64,000 nucleotides of DNA from Acidobacteriota bacterium (GCA_965263035.1 OZ253580.1:2144001-2208000), one strand, 5' to 3'. Shown: positions 21,188 through 31,848, counted from the stretch's first letter. Notes: generated from the letters alone by a model not told the origin. Translations and numbers: made by a program.

Positions 21188-22813
21188 CTACTCGAACCAG
21201 AACGAATAGAGGTGCGCCTTACGCAATTGAAACTGGAGGCGGATACTCTTCCCCTTGAGCGGTTCCAGATCCTTCATCTCACTCCAATCCATGACCTGGC
21301 CCGTGGAATCGCCGGTGAAGCTCCGGGACCGGTCGTAGTCCCACTCCGGCATCCATTCGCCGTCCAGCTCACCGTCTCCGCGCCGGACGGCGATCCGGAT
21401 GGAGCCTTCGGCGGACGTCTTGCCGTTGATGTGCAACCGTCCGCCCGGGTAATTGAGAGGACGGGTCAGGAGAAACCCCTCCTGGGGCGCCTCGATGGAG
21501 ACGAAGCCGTCCTTGCGCAGGGTGGCCAGGCAGATGTGCGAGTTTCCCGGCATGCGAACGTGGAGCTGCTCGCGCCCCACGTAGTAGAAATCGATTCGAT
21601 CGTCCCGCTCGATCAGGCCCACCGGCGGAAAGACCATCCCCCAGTCATAGGTGCCGGCGGGTCCCGTCTCCAGGAAGAGAGGACGGGCCGGATGCCGGTC
21701 CCAGTGGATGCCGTCCCGGCTCCAGGCCAACTGGATGTCGATCTGCATGTGCTTCGCCGGCTTGGACTCCAGATCGAACGGCTGCTTGTAGTAGAAATTC
21801 TCCAGAAATCCCAGGTAGATCCCTTCGTAGCGGGCCACCGTCATTCCATAGAACGAGAATGGGTCCAGCTCGTCGGGCCGGACGATCACGGTGGGTTGGG
21901 TCCAGTGGACCAGATCGGAACTCTCCGAATAGGCGATCCTCCGGATCCGGCTGGCGTTGATGGGCGGCCTCCGGTAGAGCATGAAGACCTTCCGCTCCGG
22001 GTTGTAGAGAATCTGGTTCTCGCAGTCGCTCTGGCCCCGGAAAATGGGATTCTCCTCCTGATCTTGGAAGTGAATGCCATCTTCGCTCAGGGCGATCCGG
22101 ACCTCCATGCCTCCCCCGGGCATCTCGAGCGTTGCCGGATCCCGGCCCAGTTCCCCGCTGTGGTAGGCCAGCAGGTAGCGACCCTTGTGGCGCCAGTGTC
22201 CGGGCAACTCGGTCACCGCTATTGAGGCGCTCCGTCCCGGCTTGGCGAGGAAGACGTTGGGTGCCGAGAGACCTTCGATCCGGTGCAGCTTCAGGTCGGG
22301 CGCCGTCCAGTTCAGTCCGTCCCGCGATTCGAAGTAGAGCCCGAAGTGTTGGCCGGCGGTCCGGTAAATCCGATAGCCGTTGGCCCACATGCGGTACAGA
22401 CCCCGCTCCCGGTCGTGGACGACGCTGGGGGTGCTCACCACGTGGGTCTCCGCGTGGTCCGGAGAGGCGCCGCCGGTGATGAGCGGATTCTTCGGGTGTC
22501 GCCGGGGCCGATGAACCACTCTCCGGCAGCCGGCCAGGTCCTCCACCACGTAATCGTCCATAAGCAACTGGCGCCGGTTCCCGATCTCGAGAGGCGGAGT
22601 CGGCAACACCGCCCATGATCCCTCGATGGAGGTCCCCTTCACGTACTTGGAACCGGACAGCTTGTCGCCCGTGACGATGTGCCCCGTCCCGTCGAAGCGT
22701 CCCGGCGGTTCCTTGATGCGAGTCTCGGCCTGACCGAGGGCCGATCCAACGCCGGCGCCGAGCCAGAACAGCGTCCCCACCAGCAGGAGCGGATTTCGTC
22801 GAAGCGATCGCAT
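21188..22813 (-). CDS. Exported GH32-like beta-propeller protein
   Basis: Signal peptide; HPKNPL, SRDGLNW, SEDGIHF, SRDGIHW; LRKDGFVSI...LYSFWFE. Confidence 0.75.
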   Translation of the reverse strand: MRSLRRNPLLLVGTLFWLGAGVGSALGQAETRIKEPPGRFDGTGHIVTGDKLSGSKYVKGTSIEGSWAVLPTPPLEIGNRRQLLMDDYVVEDLAGCRRVVHRPRRHPKNPLITGGASPDHAETHVVSTPSVVHDRERGLYRMWANGYRIYRTAGQHFGLYFESRDGLNWTAPDLKLHRIEGLSAPNVFLAKPGRSASIAVTELPGHWRHKGRYLLAYHSGELGRDPATLEMPGGGMEVRIALSEDGIHFQDQEENPIFRGQSDCENQILYNPERKVFMLYRRPPINASRIRRIAYSESSDLVHWTQPTVIVRPDELDPFSFYGMTVARYEGIYLGFLENFYYKQPFDLESKPAKHMQIDIQLAWSRDGIHWDRHPARPLFLETGPAGTYDWGMVFPPVGLIERDDRIDFYYVGREQLHVRMPGNSHICLATLRKDGFVSIEAPQEGFLLTRPLNYPGGRLHINGKTSAEGSIRIAVRRGDGELDGEWMPEWDYDRSRSFTGDSTGQVMDWSEMKDLEPLKGKSIRLQFQLRKAHLYSFWFE

Positions 22814-22823
22814 GATTCCCTCC

Positions 22824-24563
22824 TTACCGATCCGGGTACTCCACGGTCACGAAGATCTGGTGCACGATTACGGGGCGCCTTTCCTCCGGTCCCTCTTTCC
22901 CTTCCGAACCCGTTTCCCGCACCAGCCGGCCCTCGGCGAACTCGTCCACCAGGGTCCCCTCATTCCGTTTCCAACCCAGCCAGTCCTTCCTCTTGACGCC
23001 GGGAGGAGCGACGATTCCGGGGAACGGACCTCCCGCCGGGACGTTCGACAGGATGCCCAGCTCGTTGGCGCCGCTACGCATGATCCCGGCGGGCACGTCC
23101 ACGTGATACCAGGGCTCCTCCCGGACCGGTGTGGGAAGCAAGGTGTGGTTCAACCGCACCCAGAGATGGGTGTCTTCCCGGCTTTCGGCGGTCCAGAGGC
23201 TGAAGCGAAAGCGAGCGTTCTCATCATCCGCGTCCGGCCCCATCTGCAGCGGCAGCTTGGTCTCCACCCGATCCAGGACCACGGGCAGCAGGGCCGACTC
23301 GGATCCCTGGATGATGGGTCCTCCGGTGTGTGCCGTGGAGTGAATGCCGTAGACCTTGTTCTTGCCCGCCAGGGTCTCCCCCTCCCCCAGTTCGCTGAGG
23401 GCCGAGATGAACTCCTCCCGGCTCAACTCCTGGGTCGGCTCGTTGGCGTAGTTGAACAAGTAGATCCCGGCCGCGCCCTCCTGGTGATAGTAGGCGGCGC
23501 TGGCCCGCATGCCTTCCCGAAACACGGGCCGTCCGTAGAGCCCCTCCCAGGCCCCGGCCCGATAGGAGTTGCCGTTGAGGGTGGCGTAGACGGGAACTCC
23601 GTGGGCCCGCCCCAGGCTCACGAACTGGTCCAGGCGTAGCCGGCTGGGGAGATGGCCCATGCCCACGAGCAGCACGTCCACCAGCCCCTCCCGGACCCAC
23701 CGCTCGACCTCCATGCCCAACTCCAGCGACCGTTCCAGGGAGTCCACGACATGGACGGCGAGGGTATAGGGCCGGCCCCGCCGCTGACCCACGGCATCCA
23801 GACGCTGCCGGGCCTCGCGAACCAGCTCGGTCAACAGGTGCGCGTTCTGCCGCTCCTGCCCCAGGGGGAAGCTGATGCCCATGCGGTTGAAGTCCAGCTC
23901 GTAGCCGTCGAAGTCGTGGGCGGCGGCGGTCCGCTCGATGAAGTCCAGGCGGTGCTGCCGCACCTCCGGATGGACGAAGTTCAGTCCCGTCCACAGCATA
24001 TGCTCGGTCAGTTCGGCGGGCAGGTCCCGACTGCTCTCGGGGGCCAGCAGGAACTCAGGATGTTGGATCTTGAAGGGATCGTCCAAGTCGTGCATGGACA
24101 CGGACCGCCAAGCAGCGTGGAGATCGTTCATCCGCAACGAGGCCCACACTTCCATTCCCCGGGCGTGGCAGGCCTCGATGACCAGGTCCCGCACCTCCTC
24201 GTAGGAACTGAAGCAGGGCCAGAGCATCTCCGTCGAGATGTTGTAGGGAGGGTCCGCGCCGTTGCCGATGTGGAACACGTAGGTGTCCACCTGGGTGTCG
24301 AAGGTCATGTTGGTGCGGGCGTCGAGGAAGGCCTGGTGGTCGGTGATGTCGGCGATCAGCTTCATGTAGGGGATCTTCCGGCCCTGGTCGATGTAGCCCC
24401 ACGACTGCTGCGAGACGGCATCGTAGTAGAGGATGCGCCGTTGCCGGTCTTTGGGAAAGACGGTCTTCCGGACGCCGTTCTCATCTCCTCCTCCCTCAGG
24501 AGAGCAGGCAACGGCCAGCAGTAGCACACTCCCTATGACCAGGGACCAGCGGTACGGTCTCAT
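22824..24563 (-). CDS. Lipoprotein, GHL10-like TIM-barrel glycoside hydrolase
   Basis: Lipobox LAVAC; ACHARGMEVWASLRMNDLH, LNFVHPEVR, FDGYELDFNR, GIYLFNY. Confidence 0.75.
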   Translation of the reverse strand: MRPYRWSLVIGSVLLLAVACSPEGGGDENGVRKTVFPKDRQRRILYYDAVSQQSWGYIDQGRKIPYMKLIADITDHQAFLDARTNMTFDTQVDTYVFHIGNGADPPYNISTEMLWPCFSSYEEVRDLVIEACHARGMEVWASLRMNDLHAAWRSVSMHDLDDPFKIQHPEFLLAPESSRDLPAELTEHMLWTGLNFVHPEVRQHRLDFIERTAAAHDFDGYELDFNRMGISFPLGQERQNAHLLTELVREARQRLDAVGQRRGRPYTLAVHVVDSLERSLELGMEVERWVREGLVDVLLVGMGHLPSRLRLDQFVSLGRAHGVPVYATLNGNSYRAGAWEGLYGRPVFREGMRASAAYYHQEGAAGIYLFNYANEPTQELSREEFISALSELGEGETLAGKNKVYGIHSTAHTGGPIIQGSESALLPVVLDRVETKLPLQMGPDADDENARFRFSLWTAESREDTHLWVRLNHTLLPTPVREEPWYHVDVPAGIMRSGANELGILSNVPAGGPFPGIVAPPGVKRKDWLGWKRNEGTLVDEFAEGRLVRETGSEGKEGPEERRPVIVHQIFVTVEYPDR

Positions 24564-24588
24564 CTTTCCCTCCCAGCCCGTGCCGGCA

Positions 24589-26160
24589 CTACATCCGGAA
24601 CCGAATGGAATACAGGTCCGCGTCCTTCACGGCGAACCGCAGCCGAACGGGTTTTCCCGACAGCGAACCCAGGTCGCTTCCAGCCCGCCAAGTGACGACC
24701 CGTTCGATTTCGTCTCCGACGATCTCCACACAGTCGGCCAGCCCAAAGCCTTCCGTGGGCCTTCCCTGAACGTCTTGAACCTCCACCCGGAGGCTTCCTG
24801 GCGCCGAAGTGGCGCAGTTGAGCACCAGTTCCCGCCCCTCGAAGATGAGGGGCCGCGTCAGCAGCTCCCCGCCGGAATAGGGCCCGTTCACCGACGCGAA
24901 TCCGTCAATGCGGAGAGCGCCCCTTCGCAGCCGAACCGACGGGTGCCGGTAGTGCTCGATGTAGTAGATGGACATCTCCGCCGGTCCCGTGGGCACGACC
25001 CCGACCCCCTTGTACATGTTCCGGTCGGTCCAGTTGTCCGGGTCGGGTCCCGGCCGCAGGAACGCCTCCATGAAGCGCCGGTCCCAGTGGATCCCGTCGC
25101 GGCTGGTCATGAACACGCTCTCGGAAATCCCGCTCGCGGTCCAGTCCTCACGGACCTTGCGCTCCGGAAAGAAGCGCTTGGGGAACATGAGGTAGAGGTG
25201 GGGCGCCCGGTAGTACAGGCTGCAGGCGTTCATGTAGAGGTGCTCGACGGGTGAATCGCCCAACTCGATGAATTGTGGCTTGGACCAGTTTCTGAAGTCC
25301 GACGAGACGCTACGCCGGATGGAGCGGATTCCGGGCGGGTAGGTCTCGAAGACTCCGAACCGCGGGTCCATGCCCCGCATGTAGGCCACGTACTGCCCGA
25401 GATTCGAGTCCCACAGGGCCGTGTTGTGGGAGTCGAAATGGGGCCAGTGGTCGTCGCCGGGGGCGGTGAGGATGGGGTCCTTGTCCAACACCGTCCAGTG
25501 AAGTCCGTCCGGCGAGACCAGGCCGCGGAGCGTCCCGGGCGGGTCGAACCCGGACGAGAGGCCGATGGCCTTGTAGCGCTCCGACTCGGGCGCCGCCGGG
25601 TTGCCGTCCTTGAAGACACACACGTGCTTGGCCGTACTTCCGTGGATCACGATGTTGTTGTCTCTGGACGGTTCGAACCCGCGGATGCCCCGGGCTTCAT
25701 GGATCCCCAAGACCGGCCTTTCCCAATGGATGCCGTCGCGGCTCTCGGCGTAACAGGTGCACGGCTCCGGCCGCCGATCGGCCCGGATTCCGTCCCATAC
25801 GCCGCCTCCCCGGTACCAGAGCCGGTAGCGGTCTCCCTCCGTCATGTAGACCGGGGCGTAACTCAAGGGGCCCTCCCAGGGGCGGTCGAACTCGAGGACC
25901 ACCTCCCGGGGTACGGGGCGGTGCAGCTTCAGCTCCACCCCCTTCATGGTCTCGATCAGCCAGTCGTCCACGAACAGCTCGAGCTTGGACCCGATCTCAC
26001 GCACTTGCGGGGATGACCCACGGGCGCCGGACGCCGACAGCCGTATCGGTTGAATCAACGCCAACGACCCGAAACCGAGCGAGGACGCCCTCAAGAAGTC
26101 TCTGCGGGACCTGGTCCGACGCCGTCGCCGGTCGAGTGCCTCTTGCATCCCTGGAACCAT
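24589..26160 (-). CDS. Tat-exported GH32-like beta-propeller protein
   Basis: SRRDFL Tat signal; close paralog of 17872 (FDSHN, EHLY, SRDG.. DRRFMEAFLRPGP, ADLYSIRF). Confidence 0.75.
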   Translation of the reverse strand: MVPGMQEALDRRRRRTRSRRDFLRASSLGFGSLALIQPIRLSASGARGSSPQVREIGSKLELFVDDWLIETMKGVELKLHRPVPREVVLEFDRPWEGPLSYAPVYMTEGDRYRLWYRGGGVWDGIRADRRPEPCTCYAESRDGIHWERPVLGIHEARGIRGFEPSRDNNIVIHGSTAKHVCVFKDGNPAAPESERYKAIGLSSGFDPPGTLRGLVSPDGLHWTVLDKDPILTAPGDDHWPHFDSHNTALWDSNLGQYVAYMRGMDPRFGVFETYPPGIRSIRRSVSSDFRNWSKPQFIELGDSPVEHLYMNACSLYYRAPHLYLMFPKRFFPERKVREDWTASGISESVFMTSRDGIHWDRRFMEAFLRPGPDPDNWTDRNMYKGVGVVPTGPAEMSIYYIEHYRHPSVRLRRGALRIDGFASVNGPYSGGELLTRPLIFEGRELVLNCATSAPGSLRVEVQDVQGRPTEGFGLADCVEIVGDEIERVVTWRAGSDLGSLSGKPVRLRFAVKDADLYSIRFRM

Positions 26161-26306
26161 TGTTGACCCGGAAGAACTGGGCCGGGTTTCCCTACCCCGA
26201 CTCGTTATCGTCGTAAGTATAGAACGTGAAACGTCCGATCAGAACCAAGGATTTACGAGGATATCCGACAATGGCGAAGAGTCGGCGCTTCAGGGTCGGG
26301 GTTGAG

Positions 26307-26364
26307 GAGGGGGACAGGAATGTCCCCCTCCCATGAAGAGGGGGACAAGGATGTCCCCCCTCCC
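26307..26364 (-). repeat. Two tandem GGAG-type REP hairpins directly after the TonB receptor stop
   Basis: GAGGGGGACAGGAATGTCCCCCTC and GAGGGGGACAAGGATGTCCCCCCTCCC. Confidence 0.82.
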
Positions 26365-26366
26365 AT

Positions 26367-29300
26367 TCAGAACGAGAAGCGGAAGCCCAACTGGATCTGG
26401 CGCGCCGTCGCCGCACTGCTCACGCGGGCCGCGCTCGAGCGGTCTATCCTGCCTTCCGGCGCGTTGAAGATAGCGGTGTTCAATGCGTTGAAGAACTCCA
26501 CTCGGAAGTCCACGGACTTATGCTCCCCGATGGCGAACCCCTTGTGTAGAGAGAAATCCACTATGGGCACACCGTCGTACCTTAACGGCCACGGCGACGC
26601 ATTGCCCAGAGCCAGAGAGGCGGCCTGGTGGCAGTATTGGGCCCCTCCGCACAGACTGCTGTCGTATTTAGGCAACACAAAGGCACTGACGTCGAACCAC
26701 CGTTCCACGGTCGCACCACCACCCAGACTTCCGTCGCGAATTCGGTCCGGCCGGGTGCCGGAGCGCCGGCCCTGGTTCCACAGATCCCGGTTCACGCGGA
26801 CTTCAAACAATGCACCCGTGGTCAGGGTGACGATCCCCGTCGCTTCCCAGCCACCCAGAAGCGTTTTCTTCAGTCCGTCCGCGTTGCGGAAGAACGGAAG
26901 CTCCCAGATGGTCGAGTTGTAGAAAGTGTGGGTCCGATCCCAGCGCATGGGCGACTTCAGGCGGCCGCGCTCGAATTCCAGGGAATTGCGCCCGTCGAGC
27001 CAGACCCCGTTGATGTTGAGGGCCATGCCCTTGCCCCAGGTGTAGCCCATCGACATGGCCAGCCCGTCCTGGAAGCGCCGTTCCAGCTTGGCCTGCAGGG
27101 AGTCGTAGTGCATGTTCCCATCAGGCCGCATCAGGATGTTGGGTCTCAGTTGGGGGTAGGGCCGGCGAGCCCGCTGCCCACTCCAGGACCGGGGCGCCGT
27201 GTCGCCGGGAATCCAAGCGCGCGGTCCGGCCGTGACCGTGGCGGAGCTGGCGTGCAGTGTGCCGCCGCCCACCAGGGTCTGCATATAGCCTTCCGGTTGG
27301 GCCACGTTGTGGGGGAGGGAATTTCGAATGTGTCGCGCCTGGTTCCCCACGTAGGCCACTTCCAGCTTGGTGCCCTGAAAGATCTCGTGCTGGAGGGACA
27401 GGTTGTAGGAGTAAACCTGTCCTTCTTCCCAATCCAACTCCGGCAGGTAGCAGGTCCGGTACTCACCCACCGCCGTCTGCGTCGGCAGCTCCAGCCGCTT
27501 TCCGAGGAACAGGTTCGGTACTTCCGTTCCCCTCCGCAGGATGCTGCTGATCGTGCCTGTGGCGGGAAGAAGCGTCCTGCCTCTGAGAACCCCGATCTCC
27601 TGGTCGTAGGTCAGGCCCGCTCCCAAGCGCAGGACCGTCCGGTTGGTTCCGAACATCCTCCACGCCAATCCGAAGCGCGGCGCGAAGTAGCGCCACTTGG
27701 CCTTGAAGCAACCCCGTGTGTCCAGATTCCCGAAGGGCATGGCCAGACCGGTCGGGCCTTGGAACCGCTCGATGTCGAAACCCTTCGGCATCATCCGCAC
27801 CGGGTCGATGCGGCCGTTGGCCTGCGTGTAGTCGAAAGCGCAGTAGTAATAGTCGGTGGGATAGCCGCCGTCGGGGGTGCCTCCGTAGTAGGGCGGCCGC
27901 GGCTGCTCCCACCTGACGCCCAGGTTCAGGGTCAGGTCCGGCCCCAGCTTCCAGTCGTCGTTGACGAACCAGTTGTAGTGGCTCATGTCGAAGTGGGTGT
28001 AATAGAAGGAGTTGCCTTGGTTGTTGCCGGTCACCGAGGAGGGCAGCCCCAGCGCGAAGTCGGCCCAGGGCTCTCCGAAGGTGGCGCCGGTAACGCCGCC
28101 GGCCTCGTTCCGTCTGATCTGGCCGGTGGCGTACCCGTCGAACTGGTCTCTGCCGCCGCTGTAGGCGATCGCGCGGTTGCCCTCCACGTCCAGGTTGCGG
28201 CTGTGCTCGATGCCGAATTTCAGGTAGTGGTTCCCCTTGCGCCAGGAGGCGGAGTACTTCGCCGACCATCCCCAGTCCGTCCGAGGCGACACCGTCGTTC
28301 CCCGCCAGCCCGTGTAATTGGAGGGTTCGATGCGCGGCAATCCACCCGGTCCCCGGCTTCCATCCGGGTAGTAGGACACATGCAGGTGCCCGTCGTCGTA
28401 GCCCAGGTCCTCGGCCCAGTTCCGGTCCTCCAGCGGAACCGAGATCAGCCAGGAGAAACTCCAAATAGAGGCGCTGAGTTCCGTCACCAGGCTCGACCCC
28501 ATGGGATTGACCCAGCTCATGGCCGTCTGCCAGCCATGGGACCGGTCTTGAAACTGCCGGCTGACCCCATGGAGTTCGGCGCCCGGGACTCCGTACCTTC
28601 CCGTGTGCACCGTCTCCGGAGAATTCTGCCAACTGAAGCGGGCAAAGATCGTGTCGTCGGTGGCGAAGTGGTGATCTCCCCGGATGGAGTACTTGTTGAC
28701 CCGGCTGTTGCGAGTGTTGGGGTAGCTGTAGTTCTGGTCGGTGGCTCCGGCCACGTTGGGCGCCGGCGGTGGAATCAGCTCCATCGCCTTCAGGTAGACC
28801 GGGCTCATCATGCTCTGGGGAATCCGGTTGTTGGGGAAGGGTTGCCGCTCTCCACCCGCCACATCAAAGGGGTTGTAGAGCTGAGGAATCGTTCCGCCGG
28901 CTCCGGCGCCCGAGAAGTCTCCCCCGGTCATGGCCGCCGAAGGGACCGTCAGGAAACCGACGGTCTCGAAGTCGTCGATGAAGCGCTCGTAGTGGGCGTG
29001 GAAGAAGGTCCGGTCCTTGATGATGGGGCCGCCCATGGATCCGCCGAAGATCTGATAGTTCACCGGCAGCTTGCCGGACCCGGTCCGGTTGGTGAAGAAA
29101 TTGGCCGCATCCAGGCGCTCATCCCGGAAGTAGTACCAAGTGTGACCGTGGAACTCGTTGGTCCCGCTCTTGGAGAGCATGCTGATCACGGCCCCACCTA
29201 CGCGACCGTACTCGGCCGAGTAGTTGTTGGTGATGATCTTGAACTCCTGCACCGTCTCCGGTGTGGGCTGGACCACGGGCCTCTGGGTGACATAGCCCTG

Positions 29301-29933
29301 GTTATTGGCCCCGTCCAGTGTGATCTGGTTGGAGTGGGCGTAGAGCCCGTTGAAGGAGGGATAGCCGCCGCCGTAGGCGTACATTTGTTGAGCGTACCCG
29401 ATCTCGGACCGCTCCTGGACGCCACCCGTGGTCAGATAGGCCAGCTTCACAAGATCCCGTCCTCGAATGGGCAGGTCCAGGATTTTCCTCTCCTCGATCA
29501 CCGCCCCGACCTCGGCCGTGGCCGTATCTATGATTGTCGTCTGACCCGTGACCGTCACCTGCTCGGCAATCTCACCCGGCGTCAAAGTGAAGTCGACCCG
29601 GGCCACCTGGGTCACCTCCAGACGCACACCCAGGGAGACCTGGGTCTTGAAGCCCGGGAGCTCCACCTTCAGGTCGTACCGGCCCGGAATGAGCTTGTCG
29701 ATGAGGTAGTTTCCCCGGTCGTCGGTAACCGCCAGACGCGGCACATTCGTGGCCGTGGCCGTGGCCTCGACTTCGACTCCGGGCACCACGGCGCCGGTCT
29801 GGTCCGTGACCGTCCCCAGCAGCCGTGCATAGGTGGTGGCTTGTCCGTATACCGGTGCGGACGCCAACGCGGCGGCCAGCGCCAGGAATGCCATCGCCGG
29901 ACACCATTGCCTCTTCGATACCTGAGCCATCAT
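26367..29933 (-). CDS. TonB-dependent receptor (Oar-like, N-terminal carboxypeptidase-regulatory domain)
   Basis: GTVTDQTGAVVPGV, QEFKIITNNYSAEYG, SKSGTNEFHG, FAPRFGLAW, C-terminal RQIQLGFRFSF. Confidence 0.94.
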   Translation of the reverse strand: MMAQVSKRQWCPAMAFLALAAALASAPVYGQATTYARLLGTVTDQTGAVVPGVEVEATATATNVPRLAVTDDRGNYLIDKLIPGRYDLKVELPGFKTQVSLGVRLEVTQVARVDFTLTPGEIAEQVTVTGQTTIIDTATAEVGAVIEERKILDLPIRGRDLVKLAYLTTGGVQERSEIGYAQQMYAYGGGYPSFNGLYAHSNQITLDGANNQGYVTQRPVVQPTPETVQEFKIITNNYSAEYGRVGGAVISMLSKSGTNEFHGHTWYYFRDERLDAANFFTNRTGSGKLPVNYQIFGGSMGGPIIKDRTFFHAHYERFIDDFETVGFLTVPSAAMTGGDFSGAGAGGTIPQLYNPFDVAGGERQPFPNNRIPQSMMSPVYLKAMELIPPPAPNVAGATDQNYSYPNTRNSRVNKYSIRGDHHFATDDTIFARFSWQNSPETVHTGRYGVPGAELHGVSRQFQDRSHGWQTAMSWVNPMGSSLVTELSASIWSFSWLISVPLEDRNWAEDLGYDDGHLHVSYYPDGSRGPGGLPRIEPSNYTGWRGTTVSPRTDWGWSAKYSASWRKGNHYLKFGIEHSRNLDVEGNRAIAYSGGRDQFDGYATGQIRRNEAGGVTGATFGEPWADFALGLPSSVTGNNQGNSFYYTHFDMSHYNWFVNDDWKLGPDLTLNLGVRWEQPRPPYYGGTPDGGYPTDYYYCAFDYTQANGRIDPVRMMPKGFDIERFQGPTGLAMPFGNLDTRGCFKAKWRYFAPRFGLAWRMFGTNRTVLRLGAGLTYDQEIGVLRGRTLLPATGTISSILRRGTEVPNLFLGKRLELPTQTAVGEYRTCYLPELDWEEGQVYSYNLSLQHEIFQGTKLEVAYVGNQARHIRNSLPHNVAQPEGYMQTLVGGGTLHASSATVTAGPRAWIPGDTAPRSWSGQRARRPYPQLRPNILMRPDGNMHYDSLQAKLERRFQDGLAMSMGYTWGKGMALNINGVWLDGRNSLEFERGRLKSPMRWDRTHTFYNSTIWELPFFRNADGLKKTLLGGWEATGIVTLTTGALFEVRVNRDLWNQGRRSGTRPDRIRDGSLGGGATVERWFDVSAFVLPKYDSSLCGGAQYCHQAASLALGNASPWPLRYDGVPIVDFSLHKGFAIGEHKSVDFRVEFFNALNTAIFNAPEGRIDRSSAARVSSAATARQIQLGFRFSF

Positions 29934-30039
29934 TTTTCCCTCCTCACGGCGGACGCCAACTATTTCGGGCTGGTGCGAGGTATCGAAGCCGTCTTGCGGT
30001 GGGTTGGGACGGATTCTCTACCCCGGATTTGTTGTTGAT

Positions 30040-30135
30040 GGTAAAGGATGATTTATTTAATCGCAATAACCAATTAGAGCGATGCAGGTTCGGGACTCCG
30101 TAACCATTTGAAACAAAACAGCTAATAAATACTCA
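30040..30135. promoter_or_regulatory. AT-rich divergent promoter region with IHF-like site
   Basis: Strong AT island; minus strand TTTCAAATGGTTA (30113-30101) is one mismatch from WATCAANNNNTTR; TAACCA(A/T)TT occurs at 30067 and 30101. Confidence 0.5.
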
Positions 30136-30267
30136 GCCAGAGATCGGATGGCCAACATTCAACCTGAAAAATTGGATGACTCCGGCTGGGCGCTCACTTT
30201 ATTGCGTTGACCCCGGTGGAACCGAGGGGTAGACTTGCCAAAATAAAATCCACTGCGGGGTAACCAG

Positions 30268-31818
30268 ATGCCCACCCTTTCCACCACTTTCTTTCTCCGC
30301 CTGGGAGCGATCGTGGCCTTGGCTGCGACCGGGATCCTGCTGCGGGACGCCCCGGACATGAACGCTTCCATCGGTGCGGGCTTCGACCCGGACGAGCGGT
30401 TCGTCCTGGAGTCCAATCTGCCCACCGGCCAGTTCTCCTTCGAAGTCCTGGAGCAGGGGAGCCGGGTTCACCTGCCCTCCCGTCTCTACTTCGCCCACGC
30501 CGACGGGCGCCCGGAAGTGCCCGTCGTGGGCCGCTTCCAGAACTTCCTGGTGACCGCCACCGGCCGTGAACTCAAGACCCTTCCCGCGGGTGAGTACGAC
30601 GTTTACGTCACCCGGGGCACCGAATACACCCTGGACCACCGGAAGGTCTCGATCTCCGCGGGACAGAGAACCCACCAGAACTTCACGCTCTCCCGAGTCG
30701 TGGACACCTCGGGTTTCATCTCCTCGGACTTTCACATGCATTTGACGTTTGCCATGCGGGACGGAGCGATCGTGTCCGCGGCTGAGGGGCTGGATCTGCT
30801 GACCGCCACCGATCACAACGTTCTCAAGGACTACGCTCCTCATATTCGGGAGTTGAATCTGGAGCCGTTCCTAAGTTCGGTCGTGGGCGCCGAGATCGAC
30901 ACGGTCTTCGGCCACTTCAACAGCTTTCCCTTGTCGGTGAACATTTGGGCGGAGAGGACTTTCCGGCATGCCATCCGTACGCCGGGGGAGTTTCTACGTC
31001 TCGTGCTTACGGACCCGGGAGATGAAATCGTCCAGATCAACCATCCACGAGGGAATCCGCCCAAACCGAGGAGTCGATACTTCGACGCCCGGTTGAATCC
31101 CGAGACCTCAGAAATCGAGTACCCCTACTTCGAGTACGGGTTCGACCAGGTGGAGATCTTCAACGCCAAGACCGACAGGGACAGAGAGAAAAACCATTAC
31201 GGCCGCACGCCCCTGGTGGATCAGAAGCTCAAGGACTGGTACAGCCTCATGAACCGGGGCATCTTCATGACGGGCGTCGCCAACACCGATGCCCACGGGT
31301 ATCCTCGCGAGCTTCCCGGCTATCCTCGAAACTACGTCCTCTCGGAGACGGACAACCCCTGGGAGATCGACCCTGCGCGGGTGGTCGACGCTCTCAAGAG
31401 CAGGGCCTCCACGGCCTCCTTCGGGCCCGTGATCCGCTTTTCCGCCGGAGACGGGAGCCCCGTGGGTTCCCAGCTCGCCGCCAGGCAGGAAGGCACGATG
31501 CTCCACATTCAGGTTCAGGCAGTCCCCTGGGTCCCGGTGGAGCGGGTCGAGTTGATCGCCAACGGCAAGCTGATTCGAACCTTCCCGGTGGAGAACCGCT
31601 CGGAGGTCGTGCGCTTTGACCAGGACGTGACTGTCCGACCCGAGAAGGACACCTGGTACGTGGTGCTGGCGACCTCGGATGGGAGGTGGGATGCCCCCTT
31701 TTCCCACTTCAGTTCCTTCTCCTTCACCAACCCCATCCTCCTGGATGTGGACGGCAACGGCTACTTCGATCCTCCCAATCCGGGCGATCCCGGCACCCCT
31801 CCAGAGCCGAAAAAGTAA
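30268..31818 (+). CDS. PHP-fold metallohydrolase (CehA/McbA-like)
   Basis: SDFHMH, ATDHN, GAEI, GHFN, QINHP, NTDAH; N-terminal signal or TM. Confidence 0.82.
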   Translation: MPTLSTTFFLRLGAIVALAATGILLRDAPDMNASIGAGFDPDERFVLESNLPTGQFSFEVLEQGSRVHLPSRLYFAHADGRPEVPVVGRFQNFLVTATGRELKTLPAGEYDVYVTRGTEYTLDHRKVSISAGQRTHQNFTLSRVVDTSGFISSDFHMHLTFAMRDGAIVSAAEGLDLLTATDHNVLKDYAPHIRELNLEPFLSSVVGAEIDTVFGHFNSFPLSVNIWAERTFRHAIRTPGEFLRLVLTDPGDEIVQINHPRGNPPKPRSRYFDARLNPETSEIEYPYFEYGFDQVEIFNAKTDRDREKNHYGRTPLVDQKLKDWYSLMNRGIFMTGVANTDAHGYPRELPGYPRNYVLSETDNPWEIDPARVVDALKSRASTASFGPVIRFSAGDGSPVGSQLAARQEGTMLHIQVQAVPWVPVERVELIANGKLIRTFPVENRSEVVRFDQDVTVRPEKDTWYVVLATSDGRWDAPFSHFSSFSFTNPILLDVDGNGYFDPPNPGDPGTPPEPKK

Positions 31819-31848
31819 TCGAAGCGTCGGGCAAGAGTCTGCGGCGAG

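Noticed and set aside
26293-26364. CRISPR repeats or integron attC sites among the REP-like hairpins
   Set aside because: No regular spacers, no RYYYAAC/GTTRRRY boxes, no integrase
26628-30038. Long antisense and alternate-frame ORFs (e.g. 26628-30038, 48790-50715, 56421-58409, 34845-36458)
   Set aside because: Shadow ORFs expected in high-GC DNA overlapping well-supported genes; no recognisable motifs
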